In this document: piece after piece, positions 29,168 to 38,900 of the stretch
Position numbering within the stretch: position 1 is the first letter of the stretch
How the letters are laid out: every line of letters starts with the position of its first letter
Source: an uncultured bacterium
GTDB taxonomy: Bacteria > Planctomycetota > UBA1135 > GCA-002686595
Length of the DNA stretch: 64,000 nucleotides
Direction of reading: 5' to 3'
Assembly: GCA_943787795.1 (NCBI GenBank)
Contig: CALSNU010000006.1
Span: 352,001 to 416,000, forward strand
The notes under the pieces: generated by a model
Databases searched by the model: none
What the model was told of the DNA's origin: nothing
The model's input: only the letters and a program-made list of their open reading frames with translations
Made by a program: the position numbers and the translations under genes

Positions 29168-30112
29168 TTGACCGACGAGCCCCAAGGGCACCCGCTCGAC
29201 GGCGTGTGGGTCACGCTCGCGCCAGGCCATGACCTCTGCCGTGCCCAGGTCGCCGAGGCCGAGCGCGTCGGTGTCAGGGGACTCATCGCCGCCCACGCCG
29301 ACCTTCGTGGAGACGCGCTCACCGGGCGTGGCGCTGAAGATTCAGGCGCGACCTCGGGGACCGAGCGCGAGGCGGAGCACGCCGCACCCCCGGGCCTGGA
29401 ATCGCTCACGCTCCCCCTGCGCGTGGACCTCGACCCGGTGCAGCTGCGGACCCGCGGACCGGCGCTCCTCACGGACCTCCACGCACTTGGCCCGGACCTG
29501 GTGGGACTCCCCCTGGGCTCCACTGGGCCCACCGAGCTCCACAGCTGCCTGCGCCTCGCCGAGGCCATGGGGATCGAGCTGGTGCTCCTGCTCCATGACC
29601 CCCTCCAGGCTCCGCTGGCCATCGCCCTCGCGCATCAGTCCGAGCAGGTCGTGGGCTTCAGCGTCTCCCGCCACGACGAGGACGCCTTCGAGCTCCTCGC
29701 CGGGCGAGAGGATCTCGGGATCCTCACGGCAGCCCCTGAGTTCGCGAGCGCCTTTCGGGGTGGCGCGGGGGGCCTCGAGGGCTTCCCCGCGTCTCTCTCT
29801 CCCGGCGCGGCCGTCTGGCTCATGGGGCTCTGCCATGAGGACGTGGAAGCTGCCCTCGTGCTGGAGCGCCGGCTGCTGCGGTTCATGGAGGGGCATCTGC
29901 GCCCCGCCCTCCGGCGGCTGGAGGCCAGCGACGCCGCGGGGCCACCGGGGGTACTGGAACGAACGCTGCACGCCGCGGTCGGCGGGTGGGCTCCGTCCGG
30001 TCTCGGCGGAGGGACCCATCATCCGGCCCAATTGGGAGGCGGCGTGGATCCGCTGCCACTGCGGAGCCGGCTCCTCCACGAGATCCCGGAGCTGGAGCGG
30101 TTCATCAACTGA
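29168..30112 (+). CDS. Highly diverged dihydrodipicolinate synthase (DapA/NanA)-family-like protein
   Basis: N-terminal LDGVWVTL, plus GGAGG...ASLSP, AALVLERRL..FM..H and AAVGGW, resemble a DHDPS-like subfamily by eye; no Schiff-base Lys visible. Confidence 0.5.
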   Translation: MTDEPQGHPLDGVWVTLAPGHDLCRAQVAEAERVGVRGLIAAHADLRGDALTGRGAEDSGATSGTEREAEHAAPPGLESLTLPLRVDLDPVQLRTRGPALLTDLHALGPDLVGLPLGSTGPTELHSCLRLAEAMGIELVLLLHDPLQAPLAIALAHQSEQVVGFSVSRHDEDAFELLAGREDLGILTAAPEFASAFRGGAGGLEGFPASLSPGAAVWLMGLCHEDVEAALVLERRLLRFMEGHLRPALRRLEASDAAGPPGVLERTLHAAVGGWAPSGLGGGTHHPAQLGGGVDPLPLRSRLLHEIPELERFIN

Positions 30113-30230
30113 TGGGCTGAATCTCGCACCAGGCCCCGTCCTATGAAGGGCTGATGCGGCCCAGGACCCGGGCGGGAGGCTCGACCCACGCCCCCGGCCC
30201 CGTCAGACTCTTGCGGCCTCCCACGATCCC

Positions 30231-31016
30231 ATGCTCGCTCCGCTGCGCCTCACCCTGCTGGTCCTCGCTACGATCCCGCTGATCGTGTGCTGGCTCATGG
30301 CGGTGCCGCTGATGCTCCTGGTGCCCGCGACCGAGAGCGTCCTTCAGCCCATGCTCGTGGGGACCTGGGCACGGGTGACCCTCTGGATCATGGGCGTGCG
30401 CGTCACCGTTGTCGGCGAGCCGCCGTCCGGGGGCTTCTTCCTCGTGGCGAATCACCTCTCCTACATCGACATCCCGGTCCTGCTGGGCCGGCTCAACGGC
30501 CGCTTTCTCGCGAAGTCCGAGATCGCGTCGTGGCCCGTCATGGGCTTTCTCGCCCGGGCCACCGGAACGCTCTTCATCGACCGGAGCCGCAAGCGCGACC
30601 TGACCCGCGCCATCGAGGAGATCACCTCCCTGCTGGAGCGCGGCCCTGGGGTGATCGTCTTCCCCGAGGCCACGAGCACCGACGGTGCTGAGCTGCGCGA
30701 ATTCAAGCCGTCGCTCTTCGAGGTCCCCTCCCGCCTCGGCATCGACGTGCGCTGCGCCGCGCTCCACTACGCCAACCCACCCGGGGAACCGCCGGCCTGG
30801 GAGACGGTGTGCTGGTGGGGTGACGCCGACTTCGCGCCTCACTTCTGGGACTTCTTGAAGCTGCGCCGGACGGACGCCACGGTGACGTTCTCACCAGACG
30901 CCGTGAGCCACCAGGGCGCCGAAGGACCCCTCGGCCGCAAGGCCCTCGCCGAGAGCTCTCGAGCCGCCATCACGTCCATCTTCACGCCCTCCCGCCCCGC
31001 CGCCGAGCGCGCCTGA
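30231..31016 (+). CDS. Lysophospholipid acyltransferase (PlsC/OlsA-like)
   Basis: NHLSYID (HxxxxD), FLAKSEIASWP, FIDR and FPEATS motifs; C-terminal CWWGDADFAPH. Confidence 0.92.
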   Translation: MLAPLRLTLLVLATIPLIVCWLMAVPLMLLVPATESVLQPMLVGTWARVTLWIMGVRVTVVGEPPSGGFFLVANHLSYIDIPVLLGRLNGRFLAKSEIASWPVMGFLARATGTLFIDRSRKRDLTRAIEEITSLLERGPGVIVFPEATSTDGAELREFKPSLFEVPSRLGIDVRCAALHYANPPGEPPAWETVCWWGDADFAPHFWDFLKLRRTDATVTFSPDAVSHQGAEGPLGRKALAESSRAAITSIFTPSRPAAERA

Positions 31017-31076
31017 CCCCCGGCCAATGCCCACGACCTGCCCCCTGCTCGACGGAGATCCCTTGGCGCCAGAGCT

Positions 31077-32084
31077 GTGTGCACGCTGACCTGGATGCAC
31101 CGCGCGGACGGGGACCTCGGCGGCATGGCGGACGAGGATCCGCGTCCCCCGTTCCGCGGGGATCCGGTGGCCGGCTACCGGCTCTGGTTCAATCGAGATG
31201 AGCTGCGCTCGCGCGGCCCCGAAGTCCCGCCGCGCGTCGAGCAAACACCTGAGGGAATGCGCTACATCGCGCCTTCCGACTCCGACGCTGGAGGGACCTG
31301 GATCGCCGTCAACGAGCTCGGGATCACGGTCTGCCTGCTCAACGGCTATCGCGCCCCACAGTCCCCAGAGACTGAATCCACAAAGTCTGAATCCACGAGG
31401 TCTGACTCCACAGAGTCTGAGCCGCTGGACACTGCGGCGAAGGACTCTGCGGCGGAGGACTCTGCGGCGGAGGACTCTGCGGCGGAGGACTCTGCGCTAG
31501 AGGACTCTGCGCTAGAGGATTCTGCGGCGGAGAATTCCGAGGCGCAGGGCCGCGCGCGGTGGACGAGCCGCGGGCACCTCGTGCGCGAGCTCGCTGGCGT
31601 ACGCAGCCACGCCGAGGTCTGGCGGCAAATGGCCCCCGGTCAACTCGCTCGCTATCGCCCCCTCGTCCTCGCCGTCCTGGTCCCTGACCGACCTGCGCTG
31701 ATCGTGCGGTGGGACGGTAGGGACGCCGTCCTGGACCCCAGGGGCGAGCTGCAGCTGCCGGTCATCTCCTCCAGCCACGAGCAGTCCGAGGTGGACCGGC
31801 GTCGGCGGCAGCGCTTCCATGACATGGTGCGCACGGACCCCAGTAGCGGTCAGCCGATCCACGCCGCAGAGCTAGAGGCCTTTCAGTCCTGGGCGCCGGA
31901 GGCCGGCGCCGACGCCTACAGCCCCTCCATGTCGCGCCCCGACGCCGGGACCCGCAGCCAGTGCATGGTCGTGGTGAGCCCTGAGGAGGTCCGGCTCCGC
32001 TACACCGCTGGCCCCCCCCACTCAACCCAGCCGGGCCCGAGCGTCCGGCTCCCCCGCCGGATGAAACCGCGGAGCCGCCGATGA
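31077..32084 (+). CDS. NRDE (TANGO2) family protein
   Basis: N-terminal MCT, then FNRDE, GGTWIAVN, CLLN and SRGHLV motifs. Confidence 0.9.
   Translation: MCTLTWMHRADGDLGGMADEDPRPPFRGDPVAGYRLWFNRDELRSRGPEVPPRVEQTPEGMRYIAPSDSDAGGTWIAVNELGITVCLLNGYRAPQSPETESTKSESTRSDSTESEPLDTAAKDSAAEDSAAEDSAAEDSALEDSALEDSAAENSEAQGRARWTSRGHLVRELAGVRSHAEVWRQMAPGQLARYRPLVLAVLVPDRPALIVRWDGRDAVLDPRGELQLPVISSSHEQSEVDRRRRQRFHDMVRTDPSSGQPIHAAELEAFQSWAPEAGADAYSPSMSRPDAGTRSQCMVVVSPEEVRLRYTAGPPHSTQPGPSVRLPRRMKPRSRR
31370..31537 (+). repeat. In-frame 15-bp tandem repeat encoding (ESTxS)n and (DSAAE/DSALE)n
   Basis: GACTCTGCGGCGGAG units read directly inside the NRDE gene. Confidence 0.9.
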
Positions 32085-34843
32085 CCACGGCTCCCCACGG
32101 CTCCGACCAGCCCGGCACCTCCAGCCGCGCGCGGCCCATGCTCCGACGCCCCCTCTGGCGACTGGGTCTGGCCTACGGTGCCCTGCTGGTCGCCTCATGG
32201 GTCGTCATGCTCCAGCCGGCACCCCCCGCGTCCCCCGGGAGCATGGGGCGAGCCGCCCGCGAGCTCCCCACCTTCAGCGACGACGGCGTGCCGCTCGCCT
32301 CAGCGGCCGGAGCCAGCCCCGCCCCGGCCGCCCCCGCCGCCCCGGCCGCCCCGACCGCCCCGACCGCCCCGGCCGCCACCGTCGCCTACCTCGACACCGC
32401 CGCGAGTCCCGACCTCGGCACCGACAGCCAAACCGAGGGTGGCGACGGCCCCCCTCTTGTGCTGTTCCACGGGAGCCCGGGGAGCGCTGGCGACTTCGTG
32501 CGCCTGCTCCCGGACCTCTCTGCCGCTCGGCGCCTGATCGTGCCTGACCTCCCGGGCTTTGGAGCGTCCGAGCGTGACGTCCCGAGCTACTCCGCGAGGG
32601 CTCACGCGGCGTACGCAGCCGCCCTGCTGGATGATCTCGGCGTGGACCGCGCCCACGTGCTTGGGTTCAGCATGGGCGGCGCCGTGGCCCTCGAGCTCGC
32701 GGCCGTGGCGCCCGAGCGCGTCCTCTCCGTGACGATGCTGGCGTCCATCGGCGTCGAGGAACTCGAGCTCCTCGGGGACCACACCCTGAACCATGGACTG
32801 CACGGACTCCAGCTCGCCGCGCTCCAGGCCGCGCGCTGGCTGCTCCCCCACTTCGGCGCCCTGGACCAGGGCATGCTGACGCGGCAGTACGCCCGCAACT
32901 TCTTCGACACCGACCAGCGCCGCCTGCGTCCGATCCTCGAGGAGCTCGCGCTACCCACCCTGATCATCCACGGCGAGGACGACTTCCTGGTCCCCGTGGC
33001 GGCGGCCCAGGAGCACGCCAGGATCGTCCCCCAGGCTGAGCTCTCCGTGGCGGCCTCGCCCCGCGGGCACTTCATTCCCTGGACCGAGCCCCGCTGGATC
33101 GCCGGCCTTGTGGCGGACTTCCTGGCAAGGGTGGATCGCGGAGAGGGGCGCACTCGGGCGCGCGCGACACCCGAGCGGGTCGAGCGCTCCGCGGCGGCGT
33201 TCGACCCCTCCGGAGTGCCGCCCTTCGAGGGCCCCGCGTGGCTGGCGGTGCTCCTTCTCCTGGCCCTGGGCACCCTCGTGTCCGAGGACCTCTCCTGCAT
33301 CGCCGCTGGCCTCCTGGTCGCCGACGGGAGGCTCGGTTTCGTCGCCGCCGCAGGGGCCTGCTTCGTGGGCATCTTCGTCGGGGACCTCGCCCTGTTCGCC
33401 CTGGGCCGACTGCTAGGACGCCCCGCCCTCGCCGCCCGGCCCATGCGCTGGATCGTCACCGAGTCCGCGGTGGAGCGCGCCAGCCGATGGTTCGAGCGGA
33501 AGGGCATCGCGGTCATCTTCCTCTCTCGCTTCACCCCTGGCCTCAGGCTCCCGACCTATGTGGCGGCGGGCCTGCTGCGCACCCCGCTCGGCACGTTCGC
33601 GGGCTTCTTCGCCCTGGCTGGCCTCATCTGGACGCCGCTCCTGGTCGGAGTCGCAGCCTCCGCTGGAGAGGCTCTCGCCGAGCGGCTGGGCTCCCTTGGC
33701 GCCGCTGAGTTGCCCTGGGTGCTGGGGCTCGTCGTGCTGCTCATGCAGCTCTATCGGCTCCTGCCGCTCACCCTGACCCACACGGGTCGGCGCCGGCTCC
33801 GGGGACGTTGGGTCCGGCTCACGCGATGGGAATTCTGGCCCCCTCTCCTCACCTATCCCCCCGTCCTGCTGTGGATCCTCTGGCTCGCCCTCCGGCACCG
33901 GTCGCTGTCCGTGGTCACCGCCGCGAACCCGGGCATACCGGCCAGCGGCGTGGTCGGGGAGTCAAAGTCGCTCATCCTCGACGCCCTTGACCCCGACTCG
34001 CCGGAGATCGCGGGGCACACCCTGCTGTCGGCGGCAGCCTCCCCGGCAGCCCGCGAGCAGGCCGCGACCCGTTTCATGGAGCGCTTCGGCGCGGACTTCC
34101 CGGTGATCGTGAAGCCCGACGCCGGCCAACGCGGCTCGGGAGTTCGCATGGCGCCGGACGCCGAGACCCTGCTGAGGTGGGCCCGGGAGGTCCGGCATGA
34201 CGCCATCATCCAGGAGCGGATTGACGGGCCCGAGTTCGGGATCTTCTACGCGCACGAACCGGGCGCTGCGGAGGGCGACGTGCTCGGCGTCACGATCAAG
34301 CTCTTGCCGACGGTGGAGGGCGACGGTCAGCGCACCGTCGAGGCGCTGCTCCTGGAGGACGACCGGGCCTGCGCGATGCACGGCGCCTACATGGACGAGC
34401 TGGGCGCACGCGCGGAAGACGTCCCCGGCGCGGGCGTGCAGGTGCCCCTGGTCAAGGTCGGCACCCACTCCCGAGGCGCCATCTTCCTGGACGGCGAACA
34501 CCTGATCACTCCGGCGCTTCGCGAGGCCATGAATCGAATCGCAGCGCGCTTCGATGGCTTCCACCTTGGCCGCTTTGACGTGCGCGCCCCGTCCGCTGAA
34601 GCCCTCGCGCGCGGCGAGGGGCTCGGCGTGATCGAGCTGAACGGGCTGACCTCCGAGCCGACCGAGATCTATGACCCGGCCATGCCCCTTCGAAGCGCGT
34701 ACCGCAAGCTCTTCGACCAGTGGCGCCTGGCCTTCGAGATCGGCGCGGCCAACGTCGCGCGAGGCGCGACCACGACCTCGCTCCCGAGCATTCTGCGCGA
34801 ATGGGTCCGCTACCAGCGAGCCCAGCGGACCCACACCACGTGA
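32081..34843 (+). CDS. Three-domain protein: alpha/beta hydrolase + DedA/VTT membrane domain + ATP-grasp ligase
   Basis: Hydrolase: HGSPG, DLPGFG, GFSMGG, IHGEDD, GH. DedA: SEDL, GIFVGDLALF, FLSRFTPGLR. ATP-grasp: TAANPGI, VIVKPDAGQRGSGV, IIQE, GRFDVR, IELNG. One uninterrupted 920-aa ORF. Confidence 0.88.
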   Translation: MTTAPHGSDQPGTSSRARPMLRRPLWRLGLAYGALLVASWVVMLQPAPPASPGSMGRAARELPTFSDDGVPLASAAGASPAPAAPAAPAAPTAPTAPAATVAYLDTAASPDLGTDSQTEGGDGPPLVLFHGSPGSAGDFVRLLPDLSAARRLIVPDLPGFGASERDVPSYSARAHAAYAAALLDDLGVDRAHVLGFSMGGAVALELAAVAPERVLSVTMLASIGVEELELLGDHTLNHGLHGLQLAALQAARWLLPHFGALDQGMLTRQYARNFFDTDQRRLRPILEELALPTLIIHGEDDFLVPVAAAQEHARIVPQAELSVAASPRGHFIPWTEPRWIAGLVADFLARVDRGEGRTRARATPERVERSAAAFDPSGVPPFEGPAWLAVLLLLALGTLVSEDLSCIAAGLLVADGRLGFVAAAGACFVGIFVGDLALFALGRLLGRPALAARPMRWIVTESAVERASRWFERKGIAVIFLSRFTPGLRLPTYVAAGLLRTPLGTFAGFFALAGLIWTPLLVGVAASAGEALAERLGSLGAAELPWVLGLVVLLMQLYRLLPLTLTHTGRRRLRGRWVRLTRWEFWPPLLTYPPVLLWILWLALRHRSLSVVTAANPGIPASGVVGESKSLILDALDPDSPEIAGHTLLSAAASPAAREQAATRFMERFGADFPVIVKPDAGQRGSGVRMAPDAETLLRWAREVRHDAIIQERIDGPEFGIFYAHEPGAAEGDVLGVTIKLLPTVEGDGQRTVEALLLEDDRACAMHGAYMDELGARAEDVPGAGVQVPLVKVGTHSRGAIFLDGEHLITPALREAMNRIAARFDGFHLGRFDVRAPSAEALARGEGLGVIELNGLTSEPTEIYDPAMPLRSAYRKLFDQWRLAFEIGAANVARGATTTSLPSILREWVRYQRAQRTHTT

Positions 34844-34992
34844 CCCATCTTCAACGATGGTGTATTTTCGCCCCCGCGAATCCTCACGATCGCTTGATGC
34901 CTGACGCCAGGCACCTTCGAGTATCAAAGATCGCTCCCTGGCCAACGGGGGCTCCTCCCTTCCCGGAAATTCGACCCGCGGGGTCGCTGCAC

Positions 34993-35820
34993 GTGCCCGA
35001 CCAAGACCACCGCCAGCTCAGGCTACCGGCGACGCGAGCTCGCTCAGCGCTGCTCGACGACCAGCACCTGATCCCCGATACCGACGTCAGCCTGGGCCCC
35101 TATCGCCTGCGCTTTGCGCGGACCCTCGATGACCTTGCGATGGTCCGGCGTCTCCGTTACGCGGTCTTCAACGTCGAGCTTGGCAAGGGCCTCGCGGGCT
35201 CCCACGAGACCGGGGTGGACGCCGACGCGTTCGACCGCCAATGCCAGCACCTGATGGTCCTCGAGCGGGAGACGGGCGCGGCGGTAGGGACCTACCGCAT
35301 GCAGACCGCAGCCACCGCGCGCGCGGGGCACGGCTGGTACACCTCGGGCGAGTTCGAGCTGGGAGAGATGCCCGCGGACATCATCGGGAACGCGGCGGAG
35401 CTGGGCCGCGCCTGCGTCGCCGGCGCCCACCGGGACAAGACCGTGCTCTTCCTGCTCTGGCACGGCCTCATCCAGTACGCGCAGCACACCGGAGTGACAG
35501 CGTTCTTCGGCTGCAGCTCGCTCGCGGGTACTGACCCCAAGCCCGCCGTCGCGCTCTACGCCCAGCTGCTCCGGGATCGCAAGGTCCACCCTGAGCTCAA
35601 GGCTCCCCCTCGCCTCACCATGGCTTGCCCCCTTGTCTCGTGGCCCGATGGCGACGAGGCGGAGCGCGTGGAGGTCCCCAAGCTCTTCGCCACCTATCTG
35701 CGCCACGGAGGCCTCATCCTTGGCCCACCCGCCGTGGACCACGAGTTTGGCACCATCGACTTCCTCACCTGGGTCGAGGTCCGGCCCCGCCACATCAGGC
35801 TCTTCGGAAGGGTCCGCTGA
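34993..35820 (+). CDS. GNAT-fold N-acyl amino acid synthase (OlsB-like, Acetyltransf_5)
   Basis: RLRYAVF, D.D.FD..CQHL.V, VGTYR, YTSGEF, ELGRACV, FGCSS, P.L...YLR.G and P.VD.EFGT.DF motifs. Start uncertain (GTG 34993 or ATG 34897). Confidence 0.88.
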   Translation: MPDQDHRQLRLPATRARSALLDDQHLIPDTDVSLGPYRLRFARTLDDLAMVRRLRYAVFNVELGKGLAGSHETGVDADAFDRQCQHLMVLERETGAAVGTYRMQTAATARAGHGWYTSGEFELGEMPADIIGNAAELGRACVAGAHRDKTVLFLLWHGLIQYAQHTGVTAFFGCSSLAGTDPKPAVALYAQLLRDRKVHPELKAPPRLTMACPLVSWPDGDEAERVEVPKLFATYLRHGGLILGPPAVDHEFGTIDFLTWVEVRPRHIRLFGRVR

Positions 35821-35995
35821 GCCATCGCGTCGCGGAGGAGTGCCCCAGACGCTGGCAAGCCCGCGCCGAGGGCTCCGCGATGAGGACCTCCGGATGGGAG
35901 CCGAGCGGCCTCTCCAGGGCCCTGGCTCGAAAGGGCAGCCGGGCCAGCGTCACGGTCGGGCGCTGACCCCGCGCGGCACGCCTCCGCGAGGAGCC

Positions 35996-38900
35996 CTAGT
36001 CGCCGTCCTCGTCGAGCTCGTCCTCGTCCTCTTCTGGTTCGCGCACGACCTCAGGTAGGGGCCGATCCGGGCGGCCGTGATCCCGGAAGACCGTGAGCCA
36101 GTGGTCGATGATCGGGTTGTCGAGAGCCACGGCACCGATCCACGGCTGAGCCTCGCGGACGATGTCCGAGGCGTCGAGGAACATGATCCAGCGGCGCCCC
36201 TGATCAATCCCCGCGGCCGCGTCGACGGGATCCTCCACGGCCACCCGGTGGAAGAGGATCGTCGGGGCCGGTAGCTCACCCGCAGCCTCCGCGAGCTCTT
36301 CGGCGAGCCCAGCCTTCACGGCCTCCTCCGACAGCCGCTCGGGGAGCAGCAGCACCATGGGCTGCACGATGTCCCGTCGCACCATTCGCTCGATGAGCGA
36401 GACGGCCGTCTTCCGGGTGCGGGAGACGATCGCTCCGTCCCCGGTGGACCCTGTCCGGCGCTGACGGATGCCCTCGGACTTGGAGTGCGCGGGGATCCAG
36501 AGCAAGAGCGTCCCGTTGCTCGAGGGCGCGCGGCCCCCCTGGAACAGGACCCGCTGGTTGTTCACCTTCTCGAAGGACGGCCCCGTTCCACGGGAGAGGT
36601 CCAGGGCGGCCAGATCCGAGGTGACGCCCGCGGCTCGCGCGGGCTCCCCGTCCGTGCGCCGGGCGATCGGCGGGGAAAGGGCCACCGCTCCGGACGCGGT
36701 GCCGAAGCCCACGTAGCCCTCGATGGGCGCACCGTCGATGGTGTGATACGTCCCTGCGTACTCGCCGGCGATCCACGCCGACACCGCCGAGCCCTCCACG
36801 AGCAGCTCGAGCTGCACCGAGGTCTGAGACTTGGTCACGGTGACCGCGCCAGCGCGGGCGCTCCCGGGCAGCCCGCTGTCTCGCGGCCGCAGCCCGTCGA
36901 AGGCCCAGTTGACGCTCTTGAACTCAGCGCTCGAGTCCTTCTCACCCCTGGCGTAGTCCCAATCCGTGGCCGTGAGCCGCAGCCTCACGTTGCGCTCACG
37001 GCTGGTCCAGCCCAGCACCGCCAGGAAGGAGTTGGAGCCTGTCGTGAAGGACACGCGCGTGGAGATCGAATAGGAGCCCGGCAGCATCCACCGGTCCGCG
37101 CGGAGGAAGGACTTCCCTCCGCCTCGTCGATCCATGTCTCCGGTCCCTGCCTGACGTTCACGGCGCCCCAGCAGGAGGCTCCCGTCCGGCTCGATGCGAT
37201 AGAGCCGCTTGGGCCGATTCTTGTCGAGGCTGGTCAGCTCCTCGTCACGCCAACCGGTGAGCCCCACCGACAGGCCCGGGAGCGGGGTCGCCGGGAGCGC
37301 CGCCTCGACGGCCTCCCGCTTGTCCTGGATCCCCGCCCACGCCGCCACCCTCAGGCCCTCCAGGCGGAGCCGGGCGCTGCTCCCCTGCAGCCCCGCTCCA
37401 CGGAGCACCTCGGCAGCCGCCAGCACCTGCTTGTGATAGTCCGACACCGCCAGTAGCCGGGACGGAAAGGGGCTCCCTGGGGCCTCCATCAAGACGCCGC
37501 TGAAGGGCTCCCCTCGGCTCTCGTGTGCGGTGACCCAGAGCGCCTCGAGCTCGTACGTCGTGGGCCTGGAGGGGACGCCGAGCGCCTGCTTCAGGCCCTG
37601 GCTGATCCGGCGGTCGTAGCCGTCCACCGCGCGCGCCCAAACGAGCGCCCGGATGGCGGCGTCTCGGTCCCCGTGGTCGGCGAGGAGAAGGCCCGCTTCG
37701 CGCGCCTGGTTCTGCCCGAACAGCGGCTCGGCGCGATTCCAGTCCCAGGTCCACGTGGGCTCGTCGTAGACCCAGGTACCCTTCTCCGTCTTCGGGAAGC
37801 CGGAGCGGTAGCGCGCGGTCCAATCCGCGGGCTCTTCCACGTCAAACCCGGCCAGGAACTCGAAGAACATCTCCTGGAACCCGTCGACGGAGGATGGCCG
37901 CCCGTCCTCGCCGTCGCAGAACTGCTCCTCGAAGTCGTCCAACCGCCCCTTGGGGCTGGACGAGTGATCCCCCGAGTCCTCGAAGGCCGCGAGGCGCTCC
38001 GCGAAGATGGGCGTGCCCCCGGAGAGCTTGCGCGCGTCCCCCTCGAACCAGGTCCTCAGGAACACGTAGAGCGCGTTCCCCACCGAGTAGTTCTCTCTGT
38101 AGTCCTCCGGCTCGCCTCGCAGCAGCGCCTCGAGCCTCCCAAGGCCTGCCGCGCCCCGCCCGAGGACGCCGCGCAGGGTCCCGGGGCTGCAGTGGTCGAA
38201 GGCGAACTCGGGGTCATCGGTGAACGCGTAGGCCGCGCCGGTCCACGTGGCCCGGCCCTCGGCGAGCCAGGCCGGGATGCCCGGGTGCAGCGCGCCATCG
38301 AACCGGTGGGTCAACTCATGGGTCAGCCCTCGGCCGAGCCCCGGGATCGTGCCGACGCTGAACTGCAGCACCGTGGTGTCGCCCCCCTGAAAGCCCCCAG
38401 CCCAGAAGAACGGAGCCCCCTCTGCCTCCAGACCGCTCGGGTCCGGGACGATGCGCACGATCCCCTGCCGCGGCGTCCGTCCGTTGAAGGGGTCCGACCC
38501 GAAGTAGGCGACGAGGCGCTCGTGGTGCTTCTCCACGGTGCTGGCCACGCCCAGCAGCGTCTCGTAGCCGCAGTCAGACTCCACCCGGTACCAGCCCCGC
38601 GGGCTCACAGCGACGCCCGGCTCCGAGAAGTCGCTGTGCTTCCTCGTGAAGGCCTCGCCCTCGTCCGAGGCGAGCCACTCCAGCTCCTCCACGGTCCAGG
38701 GCTTGTCGCTGTCATTGACCATGCGCTGTCGAGCGCGAGCGGCGAGCTCCGCGCCCTTGGAGCGCCAGCGAGGCATGCCTCCTGGACGCGGTCCGCGCAG
38801 GTCCTTGAAGTCCGCCTGGGCGCCCAGCCCCCGCATGATCCGCGCGGCACGCAGCGCCAGGCCGGGCTGCGACCGGGAGAGGGCATCCTCCGCCAGGCGC

